Of a stretch of DNA of 50,991 nucleotides, positions 19,936-28,516 are shown in pieces. This DNA is from Eubacteriales bacterium (GTDB taxonomy: Bacteria > Bacillota > Clostridia > Oscillospirales > CAG-272). The DNA lies in contig JAZODV010000157.1 of the NCBI GenBank assembly GCA_045597185.1, forward strand, positions 1 to 50,991. Reading direction: 5' to 3'. The notes below the pieces were generated by a model. It was not told where the DNA came from and did not search any database. It saw only the letters and a program-made list of their open reading frames with translations. Positions within the stretch are counted from its first letter, which is position 1. Every line of letters starts with the position of its first letter. Both the position numbers and the translations under genes were made by a program.

Positions 19936-20399
19936 TGAAGGCAGTACTTCAGAGGGTTACCGAGGCACATGTCGCGGTTGACGGAAATATTGTAGGGAGC
20001 TGCAGGGAAGGGCTTTTGATCCTTTTGGGCGTCGCCGCTGGAGATTCCGAAAGAGACGCACAGCTTCTTGCAGAAAAAATATTAAAGCTTCGTATATTTA
20101 ACGATGAAAACGGAAAAATGAATAAATCTGTCAAGGATATAGACGGAGAGCTTTTGGTCATATCGCAGTTTACACTGCTTGCAAATTATGCACACGGAAA
20201 CAGACCTGATTATCTTGATTCGGCAAAGCCCGACGAGGCAAAACGCTTGTATGAATTTTTTGTTCGTACGATATCTTCGGGTGTAAAGCATACGGAAACA
20301 GGAATCTTTGGCGCAGATATGAAGGTATCATTATTAAATGACGGTCCCGTGACTATCGTTATGGACAGTGCCGTGCTTGACAAGGGAAGGGGGAAATAG
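19935..20399 (+). CDS. dtd: D-aminoacyl-tRNA deacylase
   Basis: MKAVLQRV...SQFTL...NGPVT signature. The start overlaps the relA stop (TAATG). Confidence 0.92.
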   Translation: MKAVLQRVTEAHVAVDGNIVGSCREGLLILLGVAAGDSERDAQLLAEKILKLRIFNDENGKMNKSVKDIDGELLVISQFTLLANYAHGNRPDYLDSAKPDEAKRLYEFFVRTISSGVKHTETGIFGADMKVSLLNDGPVTIVMDSAVLDKGRGK

Positions 20400-20404
20400 T
20401 ATTT

Positions 20405-21892
20405 ATGAAAGTAAATGCTTCCGATAATATAAATAAATACTATATACAAATGCTTTGTATGATTTACTTCCCGGGAATCAAATTTTCGGAACGAGATTTG
20501 GATGATGGGTTGGAGATCACCGTTAACGTAAGTGAATCTGAAAAAGGAGTTACTGCGGACGTTCTTCTGAACGTTAACGAAAAAATTTCAATAGCGTCGA
20601 AGTTTGAAGAATACAAAGAGGAAATACCTAAAGAACGTACTGTTAAGGTCGCGGTCGGAGCGGCTGTTATCTCTGCAGCAGGTGACATGCTTGGATACAG
20701 GTCTTCGTGGGGTATGCTTACAGGTGTTAGGCCTTCAAAGGTAGCCAACGAGCTTTTGCGCTCAGGCTACAGTAAGACAAAAGTAAAAAAGATACTAAAC
20801 TCAGAATATTTTGTGATACCCAAAAAGGCATCGCTTGCCACCGAGGTCGCTATCGCTGAAAACGCAATAATAGGAAATCCCGACCCAAAAGATTGCAGTA
20901 TATATATTGCAATTCCGTTTTGTCCGTCAAGATGTGCGTACTGTTCGTTCGTATCATACACGTCAAAAAAACTGCTTTCTCTGATACCTGAATATATAGT
21001 AAGGCTTATAGATGATATTAAATCCGTTTTTGCTACAATAAAGAAGCTCGGACTTAATCTCAAGACTATATACATAGGCGGAGGAACTCCGACTATACTT
21101 ACCGCTGATCAGCTTAGAATGCTTTTATCGGTTATTGCAGAAGAGACAGACGTCACAAGACTTGAAGAGTTTACGCTTGAATCGGGAAGACCCGATACGA
21201 TAGATGCTGAAAAATTTGCGGTCGCCAAAGAGTATGGGGTTACAAGAATATGTGTAAACCCCCAAACATTGTCGGACGATGTGCTAAAAGGTATAGGAAG
21301 ATATCACAGTAGCGAAGAATTTTTCAAAGCTTATGATATTGCGAAAAATAGTGGCATAAAATATATTAACACCGACCTCATCGCAGGTCTTCCGGGAGAT
21401 AATTTCAAATCATTCTCGTCAACATTTGACAAAATACTTCAGTTAAAACCTGAAAACATTACGGTGCATACGTTTTGCGTAAAAAAATCCTCTGATTTTT
21501 TGAGAAGAGGAAGCAACGTATATTCAGTGCGCGGCGGAGACACAGGGAAATGTGTGGACTATTCTCAGATAAAGTCGGCGCAGGCAGGATATAAGCCGTA
21601 TTATATGTACCGTCAGAAAAACACCGTAGGTAATTATGAAAATGTCGGCTTTGCATTACCCGGTGCAGAGGGTAGATATAATATATATATGATGGAAGAG
21701 GTTCACAGTATTTTTGCAATCGGAGCGGGAGCTGTTTCGAAAATGGTTAAATATTCTTCGGAGAAGGGCGAGAAATCGGTTATTTTAAGATATTTCAATA
21801 AAAAATATCCGTTTGAGTATCTTGCAGAAAATTGTAGTGAGGAGCTTTGCCGAAATTATGAGGAGTTCTACAGAGAACACCTAGGGCTGTAA
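20405..21892 (+). CDS. HemN/HemZ-like radical SAM protein (oxygen-independent coproporphyrinogen oxidase family)
   Basis: CxxxCxxC motif (CPSRCAYCSF), GGGTP motif (IYIGGGTPT), and about 495 aa as in B. subtilis HemZ. The true substrate is unknown. Confidence 0.72.
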   Translation: MKVNASDNINKYYIQMLCMIYFPGIKFSERDLDDGLEITVNVSESEKGVTADVLLNVNEKISIASKFEEYKEEIPKERTVKVAVGAAVISAAGDMLGYRSSWGMLTGVRPSKVANELLRSGYSKTKVKKILNSEYFVIPKKASLATEVAIAENAIIGNPDPKDCSIYIAIPFCPSRCAYCSFVSYTSKKLLSLIPEYIVRLIDDIKSVFATIKKLGLNLKTIYIGGGTPTILTADQLRMLLSVIAEETDVTRLEEFTLESGRPDTIDAEKFAVAKEYGVTRICVNPQTLSDDVLKGIGRYHSSEEFFKAYDIAKNSGIKYINTDLIAGLPGDNFKSFSSTFDKILQLKPENITVHTFCVKKSSDFLRRGSNVYSVRGGDTGKCVDYSQIKSAQAGYKPYYMYRQKNTVGNYENVGFALPGAEGRYNIYMMEEVHSIFAIGAGAVSKMVKYSSEKGEKSVILRYFNKKYPFEYLAENCSEELCRNYEEFYREHLGL

Positions 21893-21900
21893 GTTGATTT

Positions 21901-22800
21901 ATGGAGTATTGTAAGAAAATATTTAATACCGAGAAAGAAATAGAGGTGTTTGTTAGAACCGCCGAGCTTGAATTTGAAAAACGTTTGGATAACGCAGTCG
22001 AAAAGGTGTGCGCCATTGATAATCTAAAGGTTATCGGTTTGTCAGGTCCTACATGTTCGGGTAAAACGACCACAGCAAAAAAGCTTTTGAGTGAATTTTC
22101 TGCTCAAAACAGAAGGGTGAGAATGGTTTCTATCGATAATTTTTTTAAGGATGTTGATAGAAGTAAGCCGGCGGATGAAATAGATTTCGATTCAATAGAT
22201 GCGCTAGACTTTGATGAATTCAAGGAGTGTGTCGACGAGATATTTGCTGGGAAAACCGTAAAAATTCCCGAATTTGATTTTGTAACGGGCAAACGCTCGG
22301 GATATACCCAATTTGATCCCGACGAAAAGGATCTGTACGTTTTCGAGGGGATCCAAGCAGTTTATCCCGAGATCACGTCTCTTCTCAGAAAGGTATCTAG
22401 CCATAGCATTTATATATGCGTTGAACAATCTATAAACGTTGAAGGCACTGTTTTTGAGCCTGAAGAGATCCGTCTTATGAGACGTATCGTTCGCGATCGC
22501 AATTTTAGGGGAGCAACGCCTGAATACACTATGTTCCTTTGGGAAAGCGTAAGACGCAACGAGATAAAAAATATATTGCCATACGCTGACGGATGCGATA
22601 TAAGAATAGACTCGACAATGCCGTATGAGATAAATTTGCTTGCGCAGTTTATAAGACCTCTTCTTAAGAGTGTTTCGGACGACAATAAGTACAAAGCACA
22701 GGCAGATGCGATGTATGAAAAGCTTGAGGGAATAGAGCCGATATCTCAAAAGCATATTCCCGACGAATCTCTATATTACGAATTTATAAAAAGAATATAA
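21901..22800 (+). CDS. uridine kinase/phosphoribulokinase-family P-loop kinase
   Basis: Walker A GLSGPTCSGKTT, with FDHPDALD-like (DFDSIDALDFD) and VFEGI segments typical of the Udk/PRK family. It has N- and C-terminal extensions. Confidence 0.6.
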   Translation: MEYCKKIFNTEKEIEVFVRTAELEFEKRLDNAVEKVCAIDNLKVIGLSGPTCSGKTTTAKKLLSEFSAQNRRVRMVSIDNFFKDVDRSKPADEIDFDSIDALDFDEFKECVDEIFAGKTVKIPEFDFVTGKRSGYTQFDPDEKDLYVFEGIQAVYPEITSLLRKVSSHSIYICVEQSINVEGTVFEPEEIRLMRRIVRDRNFRGATPEYTMFLWESVRRNEIKNILPYADGCDIRIDSTMPYEINLLAQFIRPLLKSVSDDNKYKAQADAMYEKLEGIEPISQKHIPDESLYYEFIKRI

Positions 22801-22808
22801 TAACAAAT

Positions 22809-24089
22809 ATGAAGAAAATAATAAAAAACGTAATGTTACCGAATAACTGTAATACTGTTAATTTGGTGATAGAAAACAAAAGGATAACAAAAATTACGAA
22901 TGATGAGATCATAGCCGAAATCGGCGACGAGATCATGGACGGAAAAGGCAATCTGCTTATTTCGGGATTCTATAATGCTCACGGACATAGCGCAATGACT
23001 GCGCTTCGCGGTTATGCCGATGACCTTCCTCTTAGAGAATGGCTGTTTGAAAAAATCTTTCCTGCAGAGGATAAATTGACAGATGAGGTGGCTTATAATG
23101 CGTCGATGCTGGCTATTGCAGAAATGCTTGCGAGCGGTACGGTTGCGTTTTCTGATATGTATTTCTTTATGGATCAGACAGCACGTGCGGTTATTGAAAG
23201 CGGAATAAAGGCAAATCTTTGTAGGGGATTTACGTCCAGTGCGAAAACCGATATGAAGACAGACAATCGCTTTATCGAGTCAAAAAAGCTTGTTTCCGAC
23301 TATAACGGTTACGATGATGGAAGAATAATCAGTGAAATGTGTATTCACGCGGAGTATACAAATTCTGAGCACGCGGTACGAGCTGTGGCGGAATATGCTA
23401 AAGAAAATTCTCTCGGTATCCAGCTTCATGTGTCTGAAACGGCATCCGAGCACCGTGAATGTATAGAACGGCACGGCAAGACACCTATGGAGTGGTTTGA
23501 ATCTCTTGGTGTGCTTGATGTTCCCGTGACTGCCGCTCATTGTGTATGGGTGAGCGACAGCGATATTGCTCTCATGGCAGATAAAAAGGTCAGTGCTGTG
23601 CATTGTCCTATAAGTAATTTGAAGCTTGCTAGCGGAATTATGAGGATAAATGAGGTTATGCGCGGCGGTGTAAACGTTGCCTTGGGAACAGACGGTGCGT
23701 CGTCAAACAACCGTCTTGATATGCTTCGTGAAATGCAAACTGCAGCGGTCTTGCATAAAGGTGTGAACCTTGATCCCACCATAATGACTGCAAGTCAAAC
23801 ATATAAAATAGCGACCCAAAACGGTGCGATAGCTCAACGCAGGTATGACTGCGGCGAGATAGCTGTCGGAAATCGCGCCGATCTTGTTCTTGTAAACTGT
23901 GACTCTCTTAATAATCTTCCCATGTATGATGCATATTCCATGCTCGCGTACAGTGCCTCCTCTTCCGACGTGCTTATGACTATGGTAGACGGGGAAGTTC
24001 TTTATCAGAACGGAGAACATAAGACTATTGACGTAGAAAAAATAAAGGCGGAAGCCAAAAGGACATTGAAAGGATTTTTTAATCGGTGA
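22809..24089 (+). CDS. mtaD: amidohydrolase, 5'-methylthioadenosine/S-adenosylhomocysteine deaminase-like
   Basis: Metal ligands NAHGHSAM, HVSET and GTDGASSNN. 426 aa. Confidence 0.78.
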   Translation: MKKIIKNVMLPNNCNTVNLVIENKRITKITNDEIIAEIGDEIMDGKGNLLISGFYNAHGHSAMTALRGYADDLPLREWLFEKIFPAEDKLTDEVAYNASMLAIAEMLASGTVAFSDMYFFMDQTARAVIESGIKANLCRGFTSSAKTDMKTDNRFIESKKLVSDYNGYDDGRIISEMCIHAEYTNSEHAVRAVAEYAKENSLGIQLHVSETASEHRECIERHGKTPMEWFESLGVLDVPVTAAHCVWVSDSDIALMADKKVSAVHCPISNLKLASGIMRINEVMRGGVNVALGTDGASSNNRLDMLREMQTAAVLHKGVNLDPTIMTASQTYKIATQNGAIAQRRYDCGEIAVGNRADLVLVNCDSLNNLPMYDAYSMLAYSASSSDVLMTMVDGEVLYQNGEHKTIDVEKIKAEAKRTLKGFFNR

Positions 24090-24100
24090 GGTGATCCTTT

Positions 24101-25699
24101 TTGACCGCCGAAAAAAGCTCTCAAGGTTTTATCGGAGGCGTGGCTATTCTTACGGTCTCAACTGCTGTGGTAAAGCTGATAGGCCTGTTTTATAAAATAC
24201 CGTTAATACATATTATCGGTATTGAAGGAATGGCGTACTTCTTAGCGGCATATCACATTTATACACTGCTTTTTACTGTTTCAACCGCAGGTCTGCCTGT
24301 TGCTGTGTCCATATTGGTCTCAAAAAGTATGGCAATAGGAAACGAATCTGCGGTTGAAAAGATTTACAAAACCGCGTTACTGCTTTTTTCCTTGGTGGGC
24401 GCGTTCTTTGGACTTGTATTGATTATCGGTGCCAATGCTATAGCCGACGCTATTGATATTCCCGAATCTGCGTTTGCTATCCGTGCCGTTGCTCCTTCAC
24501 TTGTTTTTGTGTCTGCGGGAAGTGCTGTAAAGGGATTTTTTCAGGGCAGTCATAATATGATGCCCACGGGAATTTCTCAGATAATTGAAGCTACAGGAAA
24601 GCTTGGACTCGGTTTGCTTTTTACGGTATATGCGCAAAAGCGCGGATATTCCTTGCCTGAGGTTGCCGCTGCTGCAATATTCGGACTTACCTGCGGTGTT
24701 GTGATTTCCACGCTGTACTTGTTTGCTTGTCGCATAAATCATAAGAAAAAGACATTTGAACTCAAAAAAAGTGGCATAAAGACAAAGACTATATTGTTGC
24801 GTATACTGTCAATTTCGGCACCTGTAACGCTTGGCGCAGCAGTGATAAGTGTGACAAGCATAATAGATACTGCACTTATTTCATCAAGACTTCAACATGC
24901 GGGATTTGCACCGTCCGTTGCGAATGCTATGTATTCAAGCTACGGAAATCTGTCGATACCTTTGTTTAATTTGATACCTGCATTTGTTTCCCCTGTTGCG
25001 ATTTCCGTTGCACCTATGATATCCGAAGCTGCCGAAAGGAAGGATAATCAAAAAGAAAAAAAACTAATGACCTCAGCGTTAAAGCTTGCGGGGCTTATTG
25101 CTATCCCGTCGGCATTTGGTGTCGCGGTATTCGGTCATGAAATACTATATCTTATCTTTGCTTCTCAAACCGAAGCCGTAGATCTTGCAGCTCCGCTTCT
25201 TTCGGTATTAGCACCCGCAATATTTTTTTCGTGTCTTATAACGGTTACAAATGCGATCTTGCAATCATATGGAAAGGCTGTAAAGCCGATAATATCGACT
25301 GCTTTTGGCGCGACAGTCAAGCTGATAAGCGAATTTATACTTGTCGGGATACCGAAGATAAATATTTTTGGTGCCCCTATAAGCACATTGCTTTGTGATA
25401 TTACAATAGTCACGGTAAATCTTTATTTTATAAAAAAATACACCTGCGGAACAGAGCGGTCGTGGACGCTTTTTGGGAAAATACTTATAGCCGCAGCGGT
25501 ATCTACCGGTGGTACTGCTATTGTTTCGGTAGGATTTGCCGAGGAAAAATATGCTGTAATGTTTTCTGTGACAATAAATGTAATTTTGTATTTATTTATT
25601 ACTTTATTTTCAGGAACTATAACCGGAGACGATATAGAGATGTTGCCTAAAGGCAAAAAAATATATAAAATATTAAAAGAGATAAAATTGCTGAAATGA
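24101..25699 (+). CDS. MOP-superfamily flippase (SpoVB/YabM/MurJ-like)
   Basis: A 532 aa polytopic membrane protein with a TTG start. Its position immediately upstream of mazG mirrors B. subtilis yabM-yabN. Confidence 0.72.
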   Translation: MTAEKSSQGFIGGVAILTVSTAVVKLIGLFYKIPLIHIIGIEGMAYFLAAYHIYTLLFTVSTAGLPVAVSILVSKSMAIGNESAVEKIYKTALLLFSLVGAFFGLVLIIGANAIADAIDIPESAFAIRAVAPSLVFVSAGSAVKGFFQGSHNMMPTGISQIIEATGKLGLGLLFTVYAQKRGYSLPEVAAAAIFGLTCGVVISTLYLFACRINHKKKTFELKKSGIKTKTILLRILSISAPVTLGAAVISVTSIIDTALISSRLQHAGFAPSVANAMYSSYGNLSIPLFNLIPAFVSPVAISVAPMISEAAERKDNQKEKKLMTSALKLAGLIAIPSAFGVAVFGHEILYLIFASQTEAVDLAAPLLSVLAPAIFFSCLITVTNAILQSYGKAVKPIISTAFGATVKLISEFILVGIPKINIFGAPISTLLCDITIVTVNLYFIKKYTCGTERSWTLFGKILIAAAVSTGGTAIVSVGFAEEKYAVMFSVTINVILYLFITLFSGTITGDDIEMLPKGKKIYKILKEIKLLK

Positions 25700-25711
25700 A
25701 AGGAAATAAAA

Positions 25712-26542
25712 ATGAACAGGGAAGAAAAAATAGAGAGACTTAATAAATCCGAGACCTATAGCTTTGAGGATCTTGTGGAGATCGTTTCTCTGCTTCGTGC
25801 GCCGGGCGGATGCCCGTGGGATATGGAGCAAACGCACGAATCAATACGTTCTGACTTTATCGAAGAGACTTATGAAGTCATAGAGGCTATAGATAACAAG
25901 GACAGAGGACTCCTTTGCGAAGAGCTTGGCGACGTAATGCTTCAGGTCGTTTTTCACGCAGGAATCGAGACAGATGCCGGAACGTTTAATATAAATGACG
26001 TTATAGACGGTATATGTAAAAAGCTAATACACAGACATCCTCATGTTTTCGGTGACATTTCGGTCAACAACAGTGCAGAGGTGCTTACAAATTGGGATAT
26101 AATAAAAAGTGAAGAAAAACAACGGGAGACCGTTACTTCAAAATTAAGATCTATACCGCGTCAGTTGCCATCTCTTATGAGAGCCCAAAAGGTAGGAAAA
26201 AAGGCAAAATGCTTTGATTTTGCAGATGCCGAAGCAGTGTTTTATAAACTTGATGAAGAGAAAAAAGAATTGCTTGAGGCATCAGAGTCGGGAGATCAAG
26301 AAAAGATAAACGAAGAGGCGGGAGATCTCCTTTTAACCGTATCCTCGCTTTGCCGTAAATTGAACGTAAATGCCGAAGAGGCTCTTAACAACGCAACCGA
26401 TAAATTTATAAACAGATTCGAGTTTGTTGAAAACGAAGTAATCTCATCCGGAAAGGACATAAACTCGGTCAATATGGAAGAACTTGATGAAATTTGGGAC
26501 AAAAATAAGAAAAAAATAGTGAAAAATACTAAAAAAATGTAA
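25712..26542 (+). CDS. mazG: nucleoside triphosphate pyrophosphohydrolase MazG (tandem MazG domains)
   Basis: CPWDMEQTHESI...EETYEVIEAI...EELGDVMLQV, plus a second EEAGDLL module. Confidence 0.88.
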   Translation: MNREEKIERLNKSETYSFEDLVEIVSLLRAPGGCPWDMEQTHESIRSDFIEETYEVIEAIDNKDRGLLCEELGDVMLQVVFHAGIETDAGTFNINDVIDGICKKLIHRHPHVFGDISVNNSAEVLTNWDIIKSEEKQRETVTSKLRSIPRQLPSLMRAQKVGKKAKCFDFADAEAVFYKLDEEKKELLEASESGDQEKINEEAGDLLLTVSSLCRKLNVNAEEALNNATDKFINRFEFVENEVISSGKDINSVNMEELDEIWDKNKKKIVKNTKKM

Positions 26543-26550
26543 AAACCCCC

Positions 26551-26579
26551 TTGAAATTTTAAATAAAATGTGATATCAT
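26551..26579 (+). promoter_or_regulatory. putative sigma-A promoter for hup (TTGAAA-17-TGaTATCAT)
   Basis: ttgaaa at 26551-26556 and tatcat at 26574-26579. Confidence 0.45.
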
Positions 26580-26643
26580 AGTAACGTTAAAGTTATGTTC
26601 CTTGTGAACAAATAAAACAAAAGAATAAAAAAGGAGATTTATC

Positions 26644-26916
26644 ATGAACAAGACCCAGTTGATCGAAGCAGTAGCCGCAAAGACCGAGCTTACAAAGAAG
26701 CAGGCAGAAGCAGCCGTCAATGCAACGATTGCATCCGTTGTTGAGGCGCTCAAAGCAGGCGATAAGGTACAGCTCGTCGGATTCGGAACATTCGAAGTAA
26801 AAGAAAGAGCTGCTCGCACAGGTCGCAACCCTCAGACAGGAGCAACGATCGAGATCGCAGCTTCCAAGGCTCCCGCATTTTCTGCCGGTAAGGCATTTAA
26901 GGACGCTGTAAACTGA
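26644..26916 (+). CDS. hup: DNA-binding protein HU
   Basis: [11 protein letters not shown]...[21 protein letters not shown]. 90 aa, strong SD AAGGAG. Confidence 0.95.
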   Translation: MNKTQLIEAVAAKTELTKKQAEAAVNATIASVVEALKAGDKVQLVGFGTFEVKERAARTGRNPQTGATIEIAASKAPAFSAGKAFKDAVN

Positions 26917-26928
26917 GTTCCTGTAATA

Positions 26929-26970
26929 AAGGGTTGTTGCATACCTGCATCAGCCCTTCATTCTGTTTTT
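26929..26970 (+). terminator. possible intrinsic terminator after hup
   Basis: aagggttg pairs with cagccctt (one G-U pair) around an internal tgca/tgca stem. The T-run is 7 nt away, so this is weak. Confidence 0.35.
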
Positions 26971-26996
26971 GATGAATTTGTATACTGAAAAAAGAT

Positions 26997-27239
26997 ATGC
27001 GTCTTGATAAATTTCTAAAGGTTTCGAGAATAATTAAACGAAGAACCGTGGCTAACGAGGCCTGCGACGCCGAACACGTAACGGTGAACGGCAGGCGAGC
27101 AAAAGCATCATATGAGGTTAAAGAAAACGACATAGTTGAGATCGTTTTTGGACAGAGAACATTAAAATTCCGCGTTGCTTGCGTGCGTGAATTTGTAAAA
27201 AAAGACGATGCCTCGGAGATGTATGAAATAATAGAATAA
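26997..27239 (+). CDS. S4-domain RNA-binding protein (YabO-like)
   Basis: MRLDKFLKVSRIIKRRTVA...V.VNG is an S4 signature. 80 aa. Synteny with yabP and yabQ. Confidence 0.8.
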   Translation: MRLDKFLKVSRIIKRRTVANEACDAEHVTVNGRRAKASYEVKENDIVEIVFGQRTLKFRVACVREFVKKDDASEMYEIIE

Positions 27240-27292
27240 AACTGCTCTTCCTTGCATAGATATTTATAAATATATCTTTCACGGAGGATCAA

Positions 27293-27577
27293 ATGGCAGA
27301 TATTTCAAAAGATGAAAGAGACACACACGAACTTGTGCTCTATGACAGAAAAACGCTCAACATGAGCGGTATTGTTGAAGTGATAAGCTTTGATGATGTT
27401 TCGGTTTCGCTAAAAACCAAGTGTGGTGAGCTTTATGTAGAAGGTACAGAGCTACACATATCTGCGCTTGATACTGTAAAAGGAGCCGTTTCGGTAAATG
27501 GCAATATAAATTCGCTTTCTTACTATGACGTAAAGCATACCGACCGTAAGAGCAGGTTTGGTGTTTTTACAAGATAA
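27293..27577 (+). CDS. yabP: sporulation protein YabP
   Basis: HELVLYDRKTLNMSGIVEVISFDD...ELYVEGTELHI is typical of the YabP family. SD GGAGGA. Confidence 0.85.
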   Translation: MADISKDERDTHELVLYDRKTLNMSGIVEVISFDDVSVSLKTKCGELYVEGTELHISALDTVKGAVSVNGNINSLSYYDVKHTDRKSRFGVFTR

Positions 27578-27582
27578 CTCGT

Positions 27583-28191
27583 ATGGAAGTTTCACAACTA
27601 GGACTTGCAATATTTTGCGTTGCTGCAGTTATCGAAGGAATGATATTGGGAATTGCCTATGATGCTTTTTCTGTTATCGCATGTGTTGGTGGCAAAACAT
27701 TTGAATCAGGTTTTAATAGAAAGATTCAAAGTATAGAGCTTCCGCTTATCGGGTCTAGCTTTTTTCTCAGAAAAAAGCAAAACAGACCGTTTCAAACAAT
27801 AGTGTTGTTTGTTTACGATCTGGTGTTTATGCTTTGTGTCGGAATTTCTGTGTCTGTCCTTGTATACCGTTTCAACGACGGAGAATGGAGAATTGCGGTA
27901 GTTGCGCTTTTGCTTGTTGGATATGTATTATACCGCAAGATATTAAGACGAGGCGTTTTAGCTATTGTTGAGACACTGGAGTTTTTGATAAAATGTATTT
28001 TGGCTTATATACTGTATTTTACCTTTAGACCGCTAAAAAAAGTTATACATCTGCTTTGTCGATCAATATCAGGGGGAATCGAAAAAGTGTCTGACCGGCT
28101 TCTTGAACGCAAAATACAACAATATTCAGAAAAGAAAAAAGCCGAAATATTACGTAACGCAGAGAAGTACGGAACTATTCGTGGCAATTAA
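27583..28191 (+). CDS. yabQ: spore cortex biosynthesis protein YabQ-like membrane protein
   Basis: A multi-TM protein immediately after yabP. Called mainly on synteny. Confidence 0.65.
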   Translation: MEVSQLGLAIFCVAAVIEGMILGIAYDAFSVIACVGGKTFESGFNRKIQSIELPLIGSSFFLRKKQNRPFQTIVLFVYDLVFMLCVGISVSVLVYRFNDGEWRIAVVALLLVGYVLYRKILRRGVLAIVETLEFLIKCILAYILYFTFRPLKKVIHLLCRSISGGIEKVSDRLLERKIQQYSEKKKAEILRNAEKYGTIRGN

Positions 28192-28206
28192 AAAAGGGGG
28201 ATAAAA

Positions 28207-28488
28207 ATGACGGATGCCAGAAAAACAAATAAAATAATAATTTGGATAATGATAGTACTCTTGGCGGTTACTGTTGTTGTTGCTGTAGTAAATCTGATGC
28301 AACACAATCAGAACAAGCGAGAGATAGAGAGACTTAACGCAGAAAAAGCGGCTAAAGAATATCAAGTGGATGAAAAAAACTACCGTCTTAATTCAGAAAT
28401 GGACGATGAATACATAGAAGATGCGGCGCGGGAGCACGGATATTGTAATCCTGAGGATGTTATAATATACGGAGATGTAATGAATTAA
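28207..28488 (+). CDS. divIC: septum formation initiator (DivIC/FtsB family)
   Basis: One TM helix followed by a coiled coil, and a C-terminal ARE.GY..P.E motif (AAREHGYCNPEDVI). Synteny after yabQ. SD AAGGGGGA. Confidence 0.7.
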   Translation: MTDARKTNKIIIWIMIVLLAVTVVVAVVNLMQHNQNKREIERLNAEKAAKEYQVDEKNYRLNSEMDDEYIEDAAREHGYCNPEDVIIYGDVMN

Positions 28489-28516
28489 AAATGAGGTCAA
28501 AAAGACCTCATTTTTA
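28487..28516. terminator. bidirectional intrinsic terminator
   Basis: atgaggtc (28491-28498) pairs with gacctcat (28504-28511), flanked by A5 and T5. Confidence 0.75.
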
